DNA of 64,000 nucleotides. It comes from a virus. Lineage: Duplodnaviria; Caudoviricetes. A model generated the notes under the pieces. That model had not been told where the DNA came from and did not search any database. It saw only the letters and a list, made by a program, of their open reading frames with translations. Of this stretch, positions 31,406-42,132 are shown one piece after another. The stretch is from the IMG/VR virus record IMGVR_UViG_3300050336_000030; one strand, given 5' to 3'. Positions within the stretch are counted from its first letter, which is position 1, and each line of letters opens with the position of its first letter. The position numbers and the translations under genes were made by a program.

Positions 31406-31480
31406 TATGCTACATGATTTATTATAAATCGATTAATAATAATCGAATAGAATGTATATTTGATATGAGGAGAATAATTA

Positions 31481-31867
31481 ATGAAAAGAGATATGGATCT
31501 AGTAAGAAAAATTCTTTTTGCGATTGAAGAACAAAGTGATGGAACAGCTATATATGATCTTGAAATTGAAGGATATACAGACAAAGAAATTGCATATCAT
31601 TGTAAGATATTATTTGATGCAGGTTATTTACTTGATTATGATGCTCAATATGCAGACGGTGATTACTTGATTGGATTTGGTGTTGGTAATTTATCTTGGA
31701 ATGGAAACGAATTTTTGGACATTATTAGAAATGATACAGTATGGAATAAAACAAAAGATACTATAGTTAAAAATGGGTTATCCATGGTAGTCGATGTAAT
31801 AAAATCTATAGCAACTGATATTGTATCGAGTATGACACAGGCTGTTATTAAAGGCATGATACAATAA
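31481..31867 (+). CDS. DUF2513 domain protein
   Basis: MKRDMDLVRKIL...YHCKIL.DAG...LSWNGNEFLD.IR.DTVW.KTK. Confidence 0.85.
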   Translation: MKRDMDLVRKILFAIEEQSDGTAIYDLEIEGYTDKEIAYHCKILFDAGYLLDYDAQYADGDYLIGFGVGNLSWNGNEFLDIIRNDTVWNKTKDTIVKNGLSMVVDVIKSIATDIVSSMTQAVIKGMIQ

Positions 31868-31904
31868 ATCGATGATTTGACAATGATTGAAAAGTGGTGA
31901 TATT

Positions 31905-32222
31905 ATGCAGTTAGCTGATAAATTAAAAGATCTTAGAGAAGAACATGGATATATGCAAAAAGATGTATCTCAAATGTTAGGAATAGCCCCTAATACCTTA
32001 AGCGGCTATGAAAGAGGATTAAGAAAACCGGATTCAAATACATTATTGTCTATTGCAAAATTTTATAATGTAACTGTTGACTACTTGCTTAATGATAACA
32101 TTTTCGATGAAACATTTGAAGAAGAATTCAAGTGGGATGAGTTATGTGAACAGATTCGGAGTCTTAATAAAACTGAGCAACGAAAAATTTATAAAATTGT
32201 TAGTATTTTAATTGGAAAATAA
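31905..32222 (+). CDS. XRE-family HTH regulator
   Basis: KLKDLREE..QKDV...LSGYERG.R.PD...VTVDYLL. Confidence 0.9.
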   Translation: MQLADKLKDLREEHGYMQKDVSQMLGIAPNTLSGYERGLRKPDSNTLLSIAKFYNVTVDYLLNDNIFDETFEEEFKWDELCEQIRSLNKTEQRKIYKIVSILIGK

Positions 32223-32272
32223 TTTATAAAAGGTGTGTTTCTATAGATAAGTAAATCATATGAGGTGGTTTA

Positions 32273-32668
32273 TTGACAATGAATACAAATGAAAATGATA
32301 TTATTGATTTAAAAAAAATGTATCCTGATAACAAAGTACAATGTCTTTACAGAAATGAAGCTTTATATCGTAGAATTTATAATCATTCTAAAAAACGAAA
32401 GCAGAGCATCGAAGATTATTTATATGACTTAGGATTTACGTATACAAGTGGTATTCTTCATGATGAAGATGATATTGAACAAAGCGATTATGAAAAATTA
32501 ATATCTATATACCCTGATTGTAAAGTTATAAATATATCAAAAATACCCTCTTTATATGAGGGAATTAAATATCATGCAAAGAAAATGGATTTAACCATTG
32601 ATGAATATATAGAAAAATTAGGATTTACAATGATATATCCAATTGGAAATAGGCATCATATAAATTAA
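32273..32668 (+). CDS. Hypothetical protein with internal tandem duplication
   Basis: Two YPD.KV...LY..I..H.KK...I..Y...LGFT units. Confidence 0.6.
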   Translation: MTMNTNENDIIDLKKMYPDNKVQCLYRNEALYRRIYNHSKKRKQSIEDYLYDLGFTYTSGILHDEDDIEQSDYEKLISIYPDCKVINISKIPSLYEGIKYHAKKMDLTIDEYIEKLGFTMIYPIGNRHHIN

Positions 32669-33030
32669 ATAATTCAAATAGAAACATCAAAACACAATTT
32701 GAATTACTTTTAGGCTATAACTATGCCTATTTATAGTAACAAATAATACCAATATTTTAAAATACCGTAAAAGATATGTGAAACAATAATAAAAGTGTTG
32801 ACATGTTCTTTTTGTTATGCTATATTAAGTATAAGAAATATGAAACGAATACGAATAATCTGATTCGTAGACGAATATACTTTAATATAACAATAAGAAA
32901 GGATGTGTCTAAAATTAAAAATTTAACTATTAAACAATTCAAGTGAGCAACATAGCGAGCAAAGGAGATCAAATATGAATAACGAAAATAATGATTCGAG
33001 CTGAATAAAAATTAAAGGAGAGATTTTATA

Positions 33031-33438
33031 ATGTGTAATGAGAGAGTAGTAATTAAAAGAGGAGATATATTTTACATTGACATACCGAAGGATGAAAAAG
33101 ATAAACATAAACAATGGGGTTGCAGACCTTGTATTGTAGTATCAAATGATAAAAATAACGTATATAACAGTAGGATTCAATATGTACCATTAACATCTAA
33201 AATGAATAAAACAAAATTGCCAACTCATGTACCGTTAATTAATACTGAGATGCAAAAAGAATCTACTGCATTATGTGAATGTATAGACTCAATAGACAAA
33301 TCTTTTATAAGAGAGAAAATAGGCAGAGTTTCTAAAAGAGATATGCTTTATATAGAAATGGGAGTAGATATTCAATTACATTCTAAAGAATATTTACAGT
33401 TTATAGTAAAATTTACAAAACAATTTAATTATGCATAA
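33031..33438 (+). CDS. PemK/MazF-family endoribonuclease (no adjacent MazE)
   Basis: IKRGDIF, Q.G.RPCIVVSND..N, VPLTS, LPTHV, S.ALCE.I.SIDK. Confidence 0.88.
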   Translation: MCNERVVIKRGDIFYIDIPKDEKDKHKQWGCRPCIVVSNDKNNVYNSRIQYVPLTSKMNKTKLPTHVPLINTEMQKESTALCECIDSIDKSFIREKIGRVSKRDMLYIEMGVDIQLHSKEYLQFIVKFTKQFNYA

Positions 33439-33536
33439 AAATAGTAATATGGAACACTAAAAATCATATATTGACATTCTTTGGAACTAATGATATGATT
33501 ATGTTACATATGTTTATTCAAAAGGGAGGTTAATAT

Positions 33537-34784
33537 ATGATTGATGATAAAAAATGTAGAGAAGTACTACAGAGAAAGATAGAACAAATTAAACAAACTA
33601 AACCGAGAGCAGCTGTAAAAGAAATATCTCAGGTTATGGCTGACAGATTTAATGTTGATCATGGTAGAACAATGGATATTTTTAATTATCGTGAACCAAT
33701 TGAATCTATGCCATATGATATGTTATATAAATTAATGGAATCTATCAAAAAGGTTTCTATTGATAGATGGAATGAATTAAATCCAGAAGATTTAGATGTA
33801 AGAAGTTATTTCACAGTTTTAGAAATAGAAAAATATAAAGTTCCACTTGAAGAAAAAGATAAAGATTTTGATATTGTTATAAAGAGCGGAAACTGGCATC
33901 ATACAAATATATACCCATATAACTATTATACAATTCATACTGATATTAATGAAGTTGTGAGATGGAGGGATTATAATAAATTAGGGTTTAATCCAGAAAC
34001 TCAAAGAGACTTAATTGTTGTAGAAACTAATGGAATACCAGTTAAAAAATTAGATATTAAACTTAAGTCAATTAAACAAATGAAAAAGGCTATGATTGAG
34101 GGCACGTACTTTCCTGTACAAGGAATAATCAATATTAATCCAGAACATAACGAAAGCGATATAACAATTATCAATGGAGATTTAATAATTAAAAATGATA
34201 TCAAACTTGATTTAGTAGAAGGCTTCCATAACTATTTGTCAGAAACACAAGTAAAAGATGACAATCCAGATTGGAATTTTCCATGCGAATTTAGATTAAT
34301 ATTTATGAACACATCAAGAACTAACGGTGTGATAAAACAAATGGATATAAAAAATCATTTGGCAGAGACACAAACATCTAGTATGGATGAAAACGATGAT
34401 TATACTTATGTCATAACTCAATTAAATACTTCAAGTGGATTTTATTTGAAAGGTTCAATAGATAAAAAAATGTTTGTTTATCTATATAAAATAATTAAAA
34501 GATTATTTGAAATAGATGGAAATAGAGAAAAAATTGCATTTATTAATAATATAAAAGACAAAATAAATAAAATTATTATCAGAACTGATCATTATGATAA
34601 AGCACTTAGTAAAGAAGAGTGGTTTTCATATTTATATATAATACAAAAAACCAACGATGATTCATTTGATAGAATTATTAATAACGATAAACTATATGAA
34701 ACAATATCTGGAATTTCATTTATGGATACTCCAAGTAAAAAACATTATAAATTATTAGATGTATTATTAAAAGAGGTGATATAA
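33537..34784 (+). CDS. YopQ-like (DndB/ParB-like) protein
   Basis: NPETQR, ININ, DLVEGFHN; translationally coupled to the MrpR-like gene as in SPbeta. Confidence 0.6.
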   Translation: MIDDKKCREVLQRKIEQIKQTKPRAAVKEISQVMADRFNVDHGRTMDIFNYREPIESMPYDMLYKLMESIKKVSIDRWNELNPEDLDVRSYFTVLEIEKYKVPLEEKDKDFDIVIKSGNWHHTNIYPYNYYTIHTDINEVVRWRDYNKLGFNPETQRDLIVVETNGIPVKKLDIKLKSIKQMKKAMIEGTYFPVQGIININPEHNESDITIINGDLIIKNDIKLDLVEGFHNYLSETQVKDDNPDWNFPCEFRLIFMNTSRTNGVIKQMDIKNHLAETQTSSMDENDDYTYVITQLNTSSGFYLKGSIDKKMFVYLYKIIKRLFEIDGNREKIAFINNIKDKINKIIIRTDHYDKALSKEEWFSYLYIIQKTNDDSFDRIINNDKLYETISGISFMDTPSKKHYKLLDVLLKEVI

Positions 34785-35794
34785 TGGAAATTAAAGAAGA
34801 TTTATATTATAGGGAAACTAAGTATCAGAAAAAAAGATATTTAGAAAACTGTAGATTTGAAGAACCTACACGCGAGGTTATAGATAAGTGGTTTAGAATG
34901 TCGAATGTTGTTGAATCAAAAGAAAATACTGATTTAGCTAACTTTAATAGAAAACAAGTTATGAATCTATACAAAAATTTTAATTCAAAATCCAAGCATA
35001 CATTAATTACAGTATCTTTATATTTTTCTGATTATTATAATTGGTGCATATCTGAGGGATTGATTGATTCTAGGAGTTTTATTAATCAATATGATATTAA
35101 AATGGTTAAAAGTATAATAGATGAAATCATTCCAATTGAATTAATATCAGATAAAGTTATTACGAAAAATGATATTATCAATGTTTATTTGGAAAAAGTT
35201 CCAGATGTTTCAAATAAACTATTGTTATATGCGCCATTTTGTGGCGTATATGGGAATGAAGCTTCTGATTTAGTACTTTTAAAGATTGAAGATATTGATG
35301 AAAATAATAAAACAGTTCGTTTAAATTCATCTAAAGTTTTAAATGTAGACGATTTATTTGTTGAATTAGCAAAGAAAGCTAACGAAGCTAAAAAATATAT
35401 GCCAGAGGGGGTAGCTGGCGAAGTCAGAGCAATAAGACCCGAAAGGTATGTATATGATGAGAGTGATTATATAATAAAAGCTTGCGACACAGGCAAAAAA
35501 GATACACCAGCTAGTTACAAAATGATATTAGCTAGATACAGCTTAATTCAAAAACAGACGGAGAATAGATCTATAAATGGAAATAATTTATATAAAAGCG
35601 GATTAGTAAATTATGTTAAAGAGAAATTTAATGAACGTGGAATCACATTAAAGAAAGCCGTTTATGATAAATATAGTGGAAGAAATTATACTTATTCTAG
35701 TGATATTCAAGAATATATAAATGAGTTTGGATCCAATATGAATGACAGAATGTTTAGATTGAGATTTGGAGAATATTTAGATTTATATGAATAA
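34784..35794 (+). CDS. MrpR/YopR-like master repressor (catalytically degenerate tyrosine-recombinase fold)
   Basis: Recombinase-like layout lacking the catalytic R and HxxR (CGVYGNE, NLYKSG); synteny with YopQ. Confidence 0.7.
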   Translation: MEIKEDLYYRETKYQKKRYLENCRFEEPTREVIDKWFRMSNVVESKENTDLANFNRKQVMNLYKNFNSKSKHTLITVSLYFSDYYNWCISEGLIDSRSFINQYDIKMVKSIIDEIIPIELISDKVITKNDIINVYLEKVPDVSNKLLLYAPFCGVYGNEASDLVLLKIEDIDENNKTVRLNSSKVLNVDDLFVELAKKANEAKKYMPEGVAGEVRAIRPERYVYDESDYIIKACDTGKKDTPASYKMILARYSLIQKQTENRSINGNNLYKSGLVNYVKEKFNERGITLKKAVYDKYSGRNYTYSSDIQEYINEFGSNMNDRMFRLRFGEYLDLYE

Positions 35795-35801
35795 AAATAA
35801 A

Positions 35802-35817
35802 GGGTGGATAACCACCC
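35802..35817 (+). terminator. Hairpin after the repressor gene
   Basis: GGGTGG-ATAA-CCACCC. Confidence 0.55.
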
Positions 35818-35876
35818 AATATTTTATAATAAAAGCAATATGAAACATCTAGAAATAAAAATTACGGATTAACGGA

Positions 35877-35926
35877 TTGAATAAATAAAAGTAATGTGAT
35901 ATAATAAAAACAAGAACAAACGTTCG
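35877..35926 (+). promoter_or_regulatory. Sigma-A promoter with LexA/DinR (SOS) box
   Basis: TTGAAT..TGaTATAAT followed by AGAACAAACGTTCG (35913-35926). Confidence 0.7.
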
Positions 35927-35946
35927 AAAATTTGCTAAACAGTAAA

Positions 35947-36053
35947 AATTAGAAGTACAGTTAACTTTGGTCGGCAACCTGTACTTCTAATTAAGAACTA
36001 TCAACTCATGCGATAGTCAGGATTATTATAGCATAACCCCTCTATCGTAGCAA
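35947..36053 (-). promoter_or_regulatory. Antisense promoter plus hairpin (putative sRNA), copy 3
   Basis: Minus TTGCTA-N17-TATAAT (36053-36025); 14-bp hairpin 35947-35992. Confidence 0.55.
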
Positions 36054-36079
36054 TGAAAATCAAGGGGGATTTACAAAGT

Positions 36080-36385
36080 ATGGTAAATAATTTTAATAAT
36101 TTCTTAAAGCAGCTCAGAAGAAACTTACTTACAAACGATATTACTGAATATGAAATCACAGAGCATTTTGATATAAATGGGGATCGTACATATAAAGTAA
36201 ATAATCTTAACTATGAAATAGAATTTGATATGATATACTTTAAAGACGAAGAAGAAAAATTAATGTATATTAATTATGTTCTAAGAAATTTCATATTGCA
36301 GTCATTGACAGCTATCGATTTTACAAAAGACTTGACTAAGTTGTACTTTGAATCTGGATATATCACAATTAAAACAATTGACTAG
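36080..36385 (+). CDS. Hypothetical protein, putatively SOS-controlled
   Basis: RBS AAGGGGG; followed by terminator TGGCAG/CTGCCA. Confidence 0.6.
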   Translation: MVNNFNNFLKQLRRNLLTNDITEYEITEHFDINGDRTYKVNNLNYEIEFDMIYFKDEEEKLMYINYVLRNFILQSLTAIDFTKDLTKLYFESGYITIKTID

Positions 36386-36777
36386 TTTAGTGAATGGCAG
36401 CCTATAAACGACTGCCATATTTTTAAAAATAATCGTAATAGTTATATGAAACGTATTGACAAACGAAATTATTAGTAGTAATATAATGGTATAAGATAAA
36501 GAAAGGGGATAGAAAGGTCGTGAACACAAGTTGAGCTATAAAAGATGTAAAAAAGATTTAGAGAGTTTTATTAAATATAATGAAAAGCTAATTGCAAAAT
36601 TAGAAGCCAGTAACGGAGATATACATAAGATAAATAAACTGAAAGAGAACGTGGAATTGTATGAACAGCAGCTGAAAGAATTTGATATGTAATAGTGATA
36701 TGAACCAAAAATGTTGAAAGGAATTGTGTGATAGTATTTTACAAATAATAAGGTAGAATAAAATATAAGAGGTAGAT

Positions 36778-37080
36778 ATGAATTTTAATTTCAGTAAATT
36801 AAATAAGTATGAAAAAGTAAGCTATTTGCAGCGTTTTATATTGGTTCATAGTTATATTTATTATGAGTTAGATAAAAATATTATATCAGATAAACAGTAC
36901 GATGAATCAGCTAGATTATTAGCGGAAATGCAGAATGAAGTTGAATTAAATAAAACTGATTACGGATATGTATTTGATGGATTTACAGGAGTAACCGGCT
37001 TTGATCTGTTCAGCAAACTTACAGATAAAGACAAGAATAAAATTGTTGATATATCAATAACAGTAGTAAAGAAGCAATAA
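36778..37080 (+). CDS. Stand-alone NAD-ligase domain Ia-like protein
   Basis: HSYIYYELDKNIISDKQYD resembles LigA YY..D.P.ISD.EYD. Confidence 0.65.
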   Translation: MNFNFSKLNKYEKVSYLQRFILVHSYIYYELDKNIISDKQYDESARLLAEMQNEVELNKTDYGYVFDGFTGVTGFDLFSKLTDKDKNKIVDISITVVKKQ

Positions 37081-38405
37081 TTAGTTAAATAAATGCAAAC
37101 AAAACCGTTTGAAAATTATAAAATTAAACAAAAATGGTTGCAGAAAGGAGATTGTATGATATATGTTGAACTGTCTACTGAAGATAAAAATATTGATATT
37201 CATGAACCTACGCAGGAAGAAATCGAGGAAATGTTTGAAGAGGATGGTGATAATAAGTGAATCATCGAAGAATAGTGAATGGAGTTACGGTTGATGATAC
37301 TGAACTATATAAGCAGATAGATTTTCATAAAAGAGAGTCAAATCATTGGAAGCAGATGTATATAGGACTAAGTAGGGATTATATGAAACAATACAAAGAG
37401 TTAAAAAGCTATAAGGAAAAGGCAATTAATAAAACTAAGATATGTTGCAAATGCAACGGAATTATGAAACATATAGATGATTTTGGGTTTTACGTTTGCT
37501 TAAACTGTGGAAATAGTGAGGTGAAAGAATGATAGAAGAATTAATTATGTGGTTACTAGGAATAGGAATTGTTGGATACATATTATATTTAGTGATAGAA
37601 AATGGATTATATTTACATAAAAAGTATCAAAACAATAGATAAAATATGGAATTGCTTCAGAAAGGAGATTGCTTTGAGAATTAAATATTTAATTATAAAT
37701 CTTTTTTATTTATTATGTATTATTGGAACAATTACTATTCCTACTGGAATAATATTATGGATATGGGTCGCTGGTAATTTGGGATTAAAAATTGCCGTAA
37801 CTGGAATTATTATTAGTGTTATATCTTATGGAATTGCAGAAGCTTTAGAAAGTATTTAAATTTGGAGATTTGTCTAGAAAGGAGAGTATTGTTATTAAAA
37901 AAGAGAAGAAATGTAAAAATTGTATATTCTCTAAGTATTTACAAGGAGAATCAATACTAGCATCAGGATATATATGTTACAAAAATCCATTTAAACCGAA
38001 AGGTAAGGGATTATTTGGTGGTTGTGGAGATGATAAAGAAAAACAAATGTGAGTCAAATGGAAGTTTTGTAGAGAAAGGATGGGATAAATGAATCCGTAT
38101 AATATGGATGAAAGTAAACAAGATTTAGTTAAACTAGAAGCATTATTTAATGCTCAAGTTGATACACAGGTAATATTGCAGCTTTTGATTGATAAAGGAA
38201 TATGCACTAGATCAGAAATTAATTTACATAGAGAAAAAGTTAAGGAATTACCTAAATATAAAGCCACTGCTGATTATATCAAACAATCTAAAGAAACGGT
38301 TGATTATTATAATAAAAATCCAGAACAACATCTAAGAGATATATTTAAGGCAAAAATGGATGGAAAGATAAAATAAAAACTAATTTTGATTAAGAAAGGA
38401 ATAAA

Positions 38406-38675
38406 ATGTTTGAATATAAAGACATATATGGGACTCCATGTTTTACAAATGATGGTTGGAAAACTTGTCAAATTGGAATTAAACATCCCGATATACAATA
38501 TATTGGCGATCTTAGTAATTTAAATATAACTGATAAAAATACATATATTGATCAAATTAATTATTATATGGAACATCCAATAGAGTTTATAGAAATGTCG
38601 ACTGGATTAAAATTAAAATGGTATCAAAAATTAGTACTTAAAACAACTTTAAAAAATAATAAAAGGAGGAATTAA
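38406..38675 (+). CDS. Small protein whose C-terminal half resembles a terminase large-subunit N-terminus
   Basis: YYMEHPIEFIEMSTGLKLKWYQKLVL. Confidence 0.45.
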   Translation: MFEYKDIYGTPCFTNDGWKTCQIGIKHPDIQYIGDLSNLNITDKNTYIDQINYYMEHPIEFIEMSTGLKLKWYQKLVLKTTLKNNKRRN

Positions 38676-40388
38676 TTATGCAAGAATTTTCAAGATATGA
38701 ATGTGATTTATTAACAAATTGTGCAGACGAACCGGAGAGATATGGAATTAATATTAATAGTAAAACAAGTGAAGTAACGATAACCGATAAATTACATAAT
38801 AAAAATTGGAGATTAGGAAATGAAAAAGATGTATTGGTTAAATTATTTAGATATTGCCAGATAGAGCCATCCTTTAAAATTAGTAAATAGTGATAGTAAT
38901 ATAAAACAAATACTTGACACATTATAAAATAAGTGATAATATAATATTGTAGTGATAGTTATATGAAACGTAACAGAAAGGAAAGTGATTAATATTAATT
39001 TAAGTGATAAAGACAAAAAGGAGATGTGCCAATGCCGTAAATGTGGTCGTGTATTTAATCAAAATGAGGTTAAACATGTACATAAAAAGCAACTTGGACA
39101 GAATATTACATATGGGGTATGTCCCGAATGTGGAAGTATAGAATGGGGATTAATTAATTATCCTATTCAAGAAGAAGACTTAATTTACAAGACAGGAAAG
39201 TTTTATTTATATAACGGTAGACATATTAGAAATAACTTACATAAACTTGGAGTGTATTAGAAGAAAGGTGGATTAATATGCAGTATTTATTTAATGAAAA
39301 AGAATTTGAATCATATAAAAGAATGAAAAATGACAGAGAAATTAATTTAAAAGCTTTGGAATTATATCTTGAAAATAATAGTGGCAACAGAAGTATGTTA
39401 AAGGATAGACCGCTATTTGAAGAAGATAGGAAGAAACATAAAGAGGAAAATAGCAAATAAACTGTTTGATTTATTGAGAAAGGAGAATATATTTGGATCA
39501 AAAAATATTAATTAGTTATGCAAAATATGGGTTGGTAGTTCTAATAAAAGAAAATGAAAATGCTGAATTGATAGAAAGACATTACGGAAATGATATAGAA
39601 GCGGAGCAAATACATAAAGAGAATCTGGTTTTTAAAAATGATTTATTGGAATTATCAAAGTAAAATACGGATTCTACGTATAAAATGAAAGGAAAATATA
39701 TGAATTTAAATAAAAGATTAACAGATAGACAATCTGGTGGTATTTGCATGGATGATATTGAAAAAATTATGGAAAAATTAAAGTTTTTTGAAGATACTTA
39801 TGAAGATGGTAAACTCTTAATTTTACCTTGTAAAATAGGTGATGAAATATATTACATAGAGGATAAATATATAAGTTGTTCTGGATGCCCGTATTTTGAT
39901 GATGAAGATAGTTGCGAACATCAAGATAGATGTCCTCAGACAATTAAAAAGATTAAATTTCAGCATAGTATGATTCCTTTTATTAGAACATCATATTTTC
40001 TCACAAAAGAAGAAGCTGAAAAAGAGTTTAATAAATATCTATAAAAAACTGATTTCATGAAGAAAGGAAAAAATATGGCAAGTAAAAGATATTATGTATG
40101 TGATTATTGCAAAAAGGAAGAACAAACTGAAAATAATGGATGGAAACCTAATGGATGGCAAAGCGTTGAGCTAAGATTAGGACAATATAACAGCAAAACA
40201 TTTGATTTATGCTATGAGTGTTCAAAGAAATTAGGTTTGGTTAAAGAAGATAAAAAACCAAAAGATATTAGTGAGCCAACTACATATGAAAAGTTATTTG
40301 ACATTATTTCTGAAATAGTAAATGAAGCAATAGATAATAGATAGTAATATGAAACGTGAAATTTATAGAGAAAAAGAAAGGATAGAAA

Positions 40389-40604
40389 ATGGAAGAAAGA
40401 CTTAGAGTAGAAAAAGCGTTCAAAGATTTAGGTATAAAGATAAAGAGGTTTAGAAGATATAAATCTACATATAGCATATTGAACAGTTTGTCTAAAAAAT
40501 GGAATAAATTGACCAAGGATGATAAAGAACATTATTCTAAAGAAATAGCAGGAGATAAAGATGCTGTCGCATTTAGACATAATATGGATCAAAAAACAAC
40601 ATGA
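40389..40604 (+). CDS. Tape-measure-protein-like fragment
   Basis: VEKAFKDLGIKI...KSTYSIL..LSKKWNKLT...IAG. Confidence 0.55.
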   Translation: MEERLRVEKAFKDLGIKIKRFRRYKSTYSILNSLSKKWNKLTKDDKEHYSKEIAGDKDAVAFRHNMDQKTT

Positions 40605-41105
40605 AATCATTCTTCAATTAAGTTATAAGAAAGGAAGCAATATGAAAGATAAAATAAATACGTTTTTAGCATTAATGATTCATTTCTTCGCAATACTATG
40701 CATCGGAGAGGGGGTTGGAGAATTCATAATAAGCCGAAAAGTTACATGGTGCACTTGGCTAAATTTTATTAGTTGTATTGTATTTATATGTTTATATGCA
40801 TACATATCATTTAAGAGTGATATAAAACGAAATGAGTAATTACGTCAAAGAAGAGCTTTGATGAGATTTAATGAAAGGAGACTTTATGTTAGTTAAAGTA
40901 AAATTAATAAGTGATTCTAGTCTTCAGGAAATGTTCCAAGATGTAATTTCAATTACTTCTACATATTATAATTATGTTATTGTAACGGATAAAGCTGCAG
41001 TTGGTGGAGCAAAGTTTTTTGACAAAGAAATTTACTATTTAGAAGTATGCAATTAAAAGACTATAAAAACAACAATCTATGGTCAATTTGAAAGGAGAAA
41101 GTAGA

Positions 41106-41546
41106 ATGAACAATAGTAATGAAGGATTTGTAATATTGACAAATATGATTAAATCAGCCGTAGACGACGTTATGGCATTAGATAACGCTCTTACTGATTT
41201 AAAACAAGAAACAAATAATATTGACAATATAGTAAGAATTAATGGAAATGATTTTACAGACTACGACAAAGCAATAGAATATATAAATAAATTGAAAAGT
41301 AAAGAAGTTGAGAAATGGTATTTACATGATGTTGATTTATTTGGCATAGGTTATGCAATTATGAAATGGTGCCAGGCTAAAAATGTATATTATAACGAAA
41401 ATATACTTAAATCAGCATTAGATGAATATTCAGTAAAATCAGGTGTAATTGGTAGTAATTTTGCTAAAGATGTTTTGCATCTCTATAATAAGATTTCTTC
41501 TTTACCACAGTTTAGAGGAAAAAGATTTGAGGGATTAGTACGATAG
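41106..41546 (+). CDS. Protein with a tape-measure-like N-terminal segment
   Basis: IKSAVDDVMALDNALTDLKQET. Confidence 0.45.
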   Translation: MNNSNEGFVILTNMIKSAVDDVMALDNALTDLKQETNNIDNIVRINGNDFTDYDKAIEYINKLKSKEVEKWYLHDVDLFGIGYAIMKWCQAKNVYYNENILKSALDEYSVKSGVIGSNFAKDVLHLYNKISSLPQFRGKRFEGLVR

Positions 41547-41883
41547 AAGAGGCATTTTATGCGAAAATTAAAGTTTGATGAAAGGAAATAGAAATTTATG
41601 ACAGTTACAGTATTAAAATCTAGGCTTAATGATATTGAGAAAATTAGAAATGGGTTTAATGTTATGATTAACACTGGTAGAGAAAATCCTGAAAATATCA
41701 AAAAGATGGCTGAGGTTTGTGGGTTTGATAGTCAAAAAGATTTAGAAAACATGCTTAACAATAACTATATTATAAATATGCTTACAAGTGCATATAATGA
41801 CGCAATTGACAATGCGGAATGTCCAAATGTATCAATAGAATAAACTGAAAGTGGCATAAAATAGAAATTTGGAGGTGATTTAA

Positions 41884-42132
41884 ATGAAAATGACAAAGGA
41901 AGAATTTATTGAGAAGTGCGGTAATGATATTACATTGATGTCAAATGTATCAGGAACTTCTACGGAAGAGTGTGCGGAATCTTTATATGTTACCTATTGT
42001 AGTTTCAATATTGACGAAGACAAAGCAAATGATATTATTGACAAGTTATCAAATTTACCACTTGAGAACCCAGTAAGTGTAAAAGAATTGGAAGATGGAC
42101 TCAAAAACGCAATGAAATATGTTACCAAATAG
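41884..42132 (+). CDS. Tape-measure-protein-like fragment
   Basis: MSNVSG.STEE.AESL....FNI...A..IIDKL......VSV.EL..GL. Confidence 0.6.
   Translation: MKMTKEEFIEKCGNDITLMSNVSGTSTEECAESLYVTYCSFNIDEDKANDIIDKLSNLPLENPVSVKELEDGLKNAMKYVTK

Noticed and set aside
34784-35794. Active integrase
   Set aside because: Catalytic R and HxxR are missing; better explained as an MrpR-like repressor.
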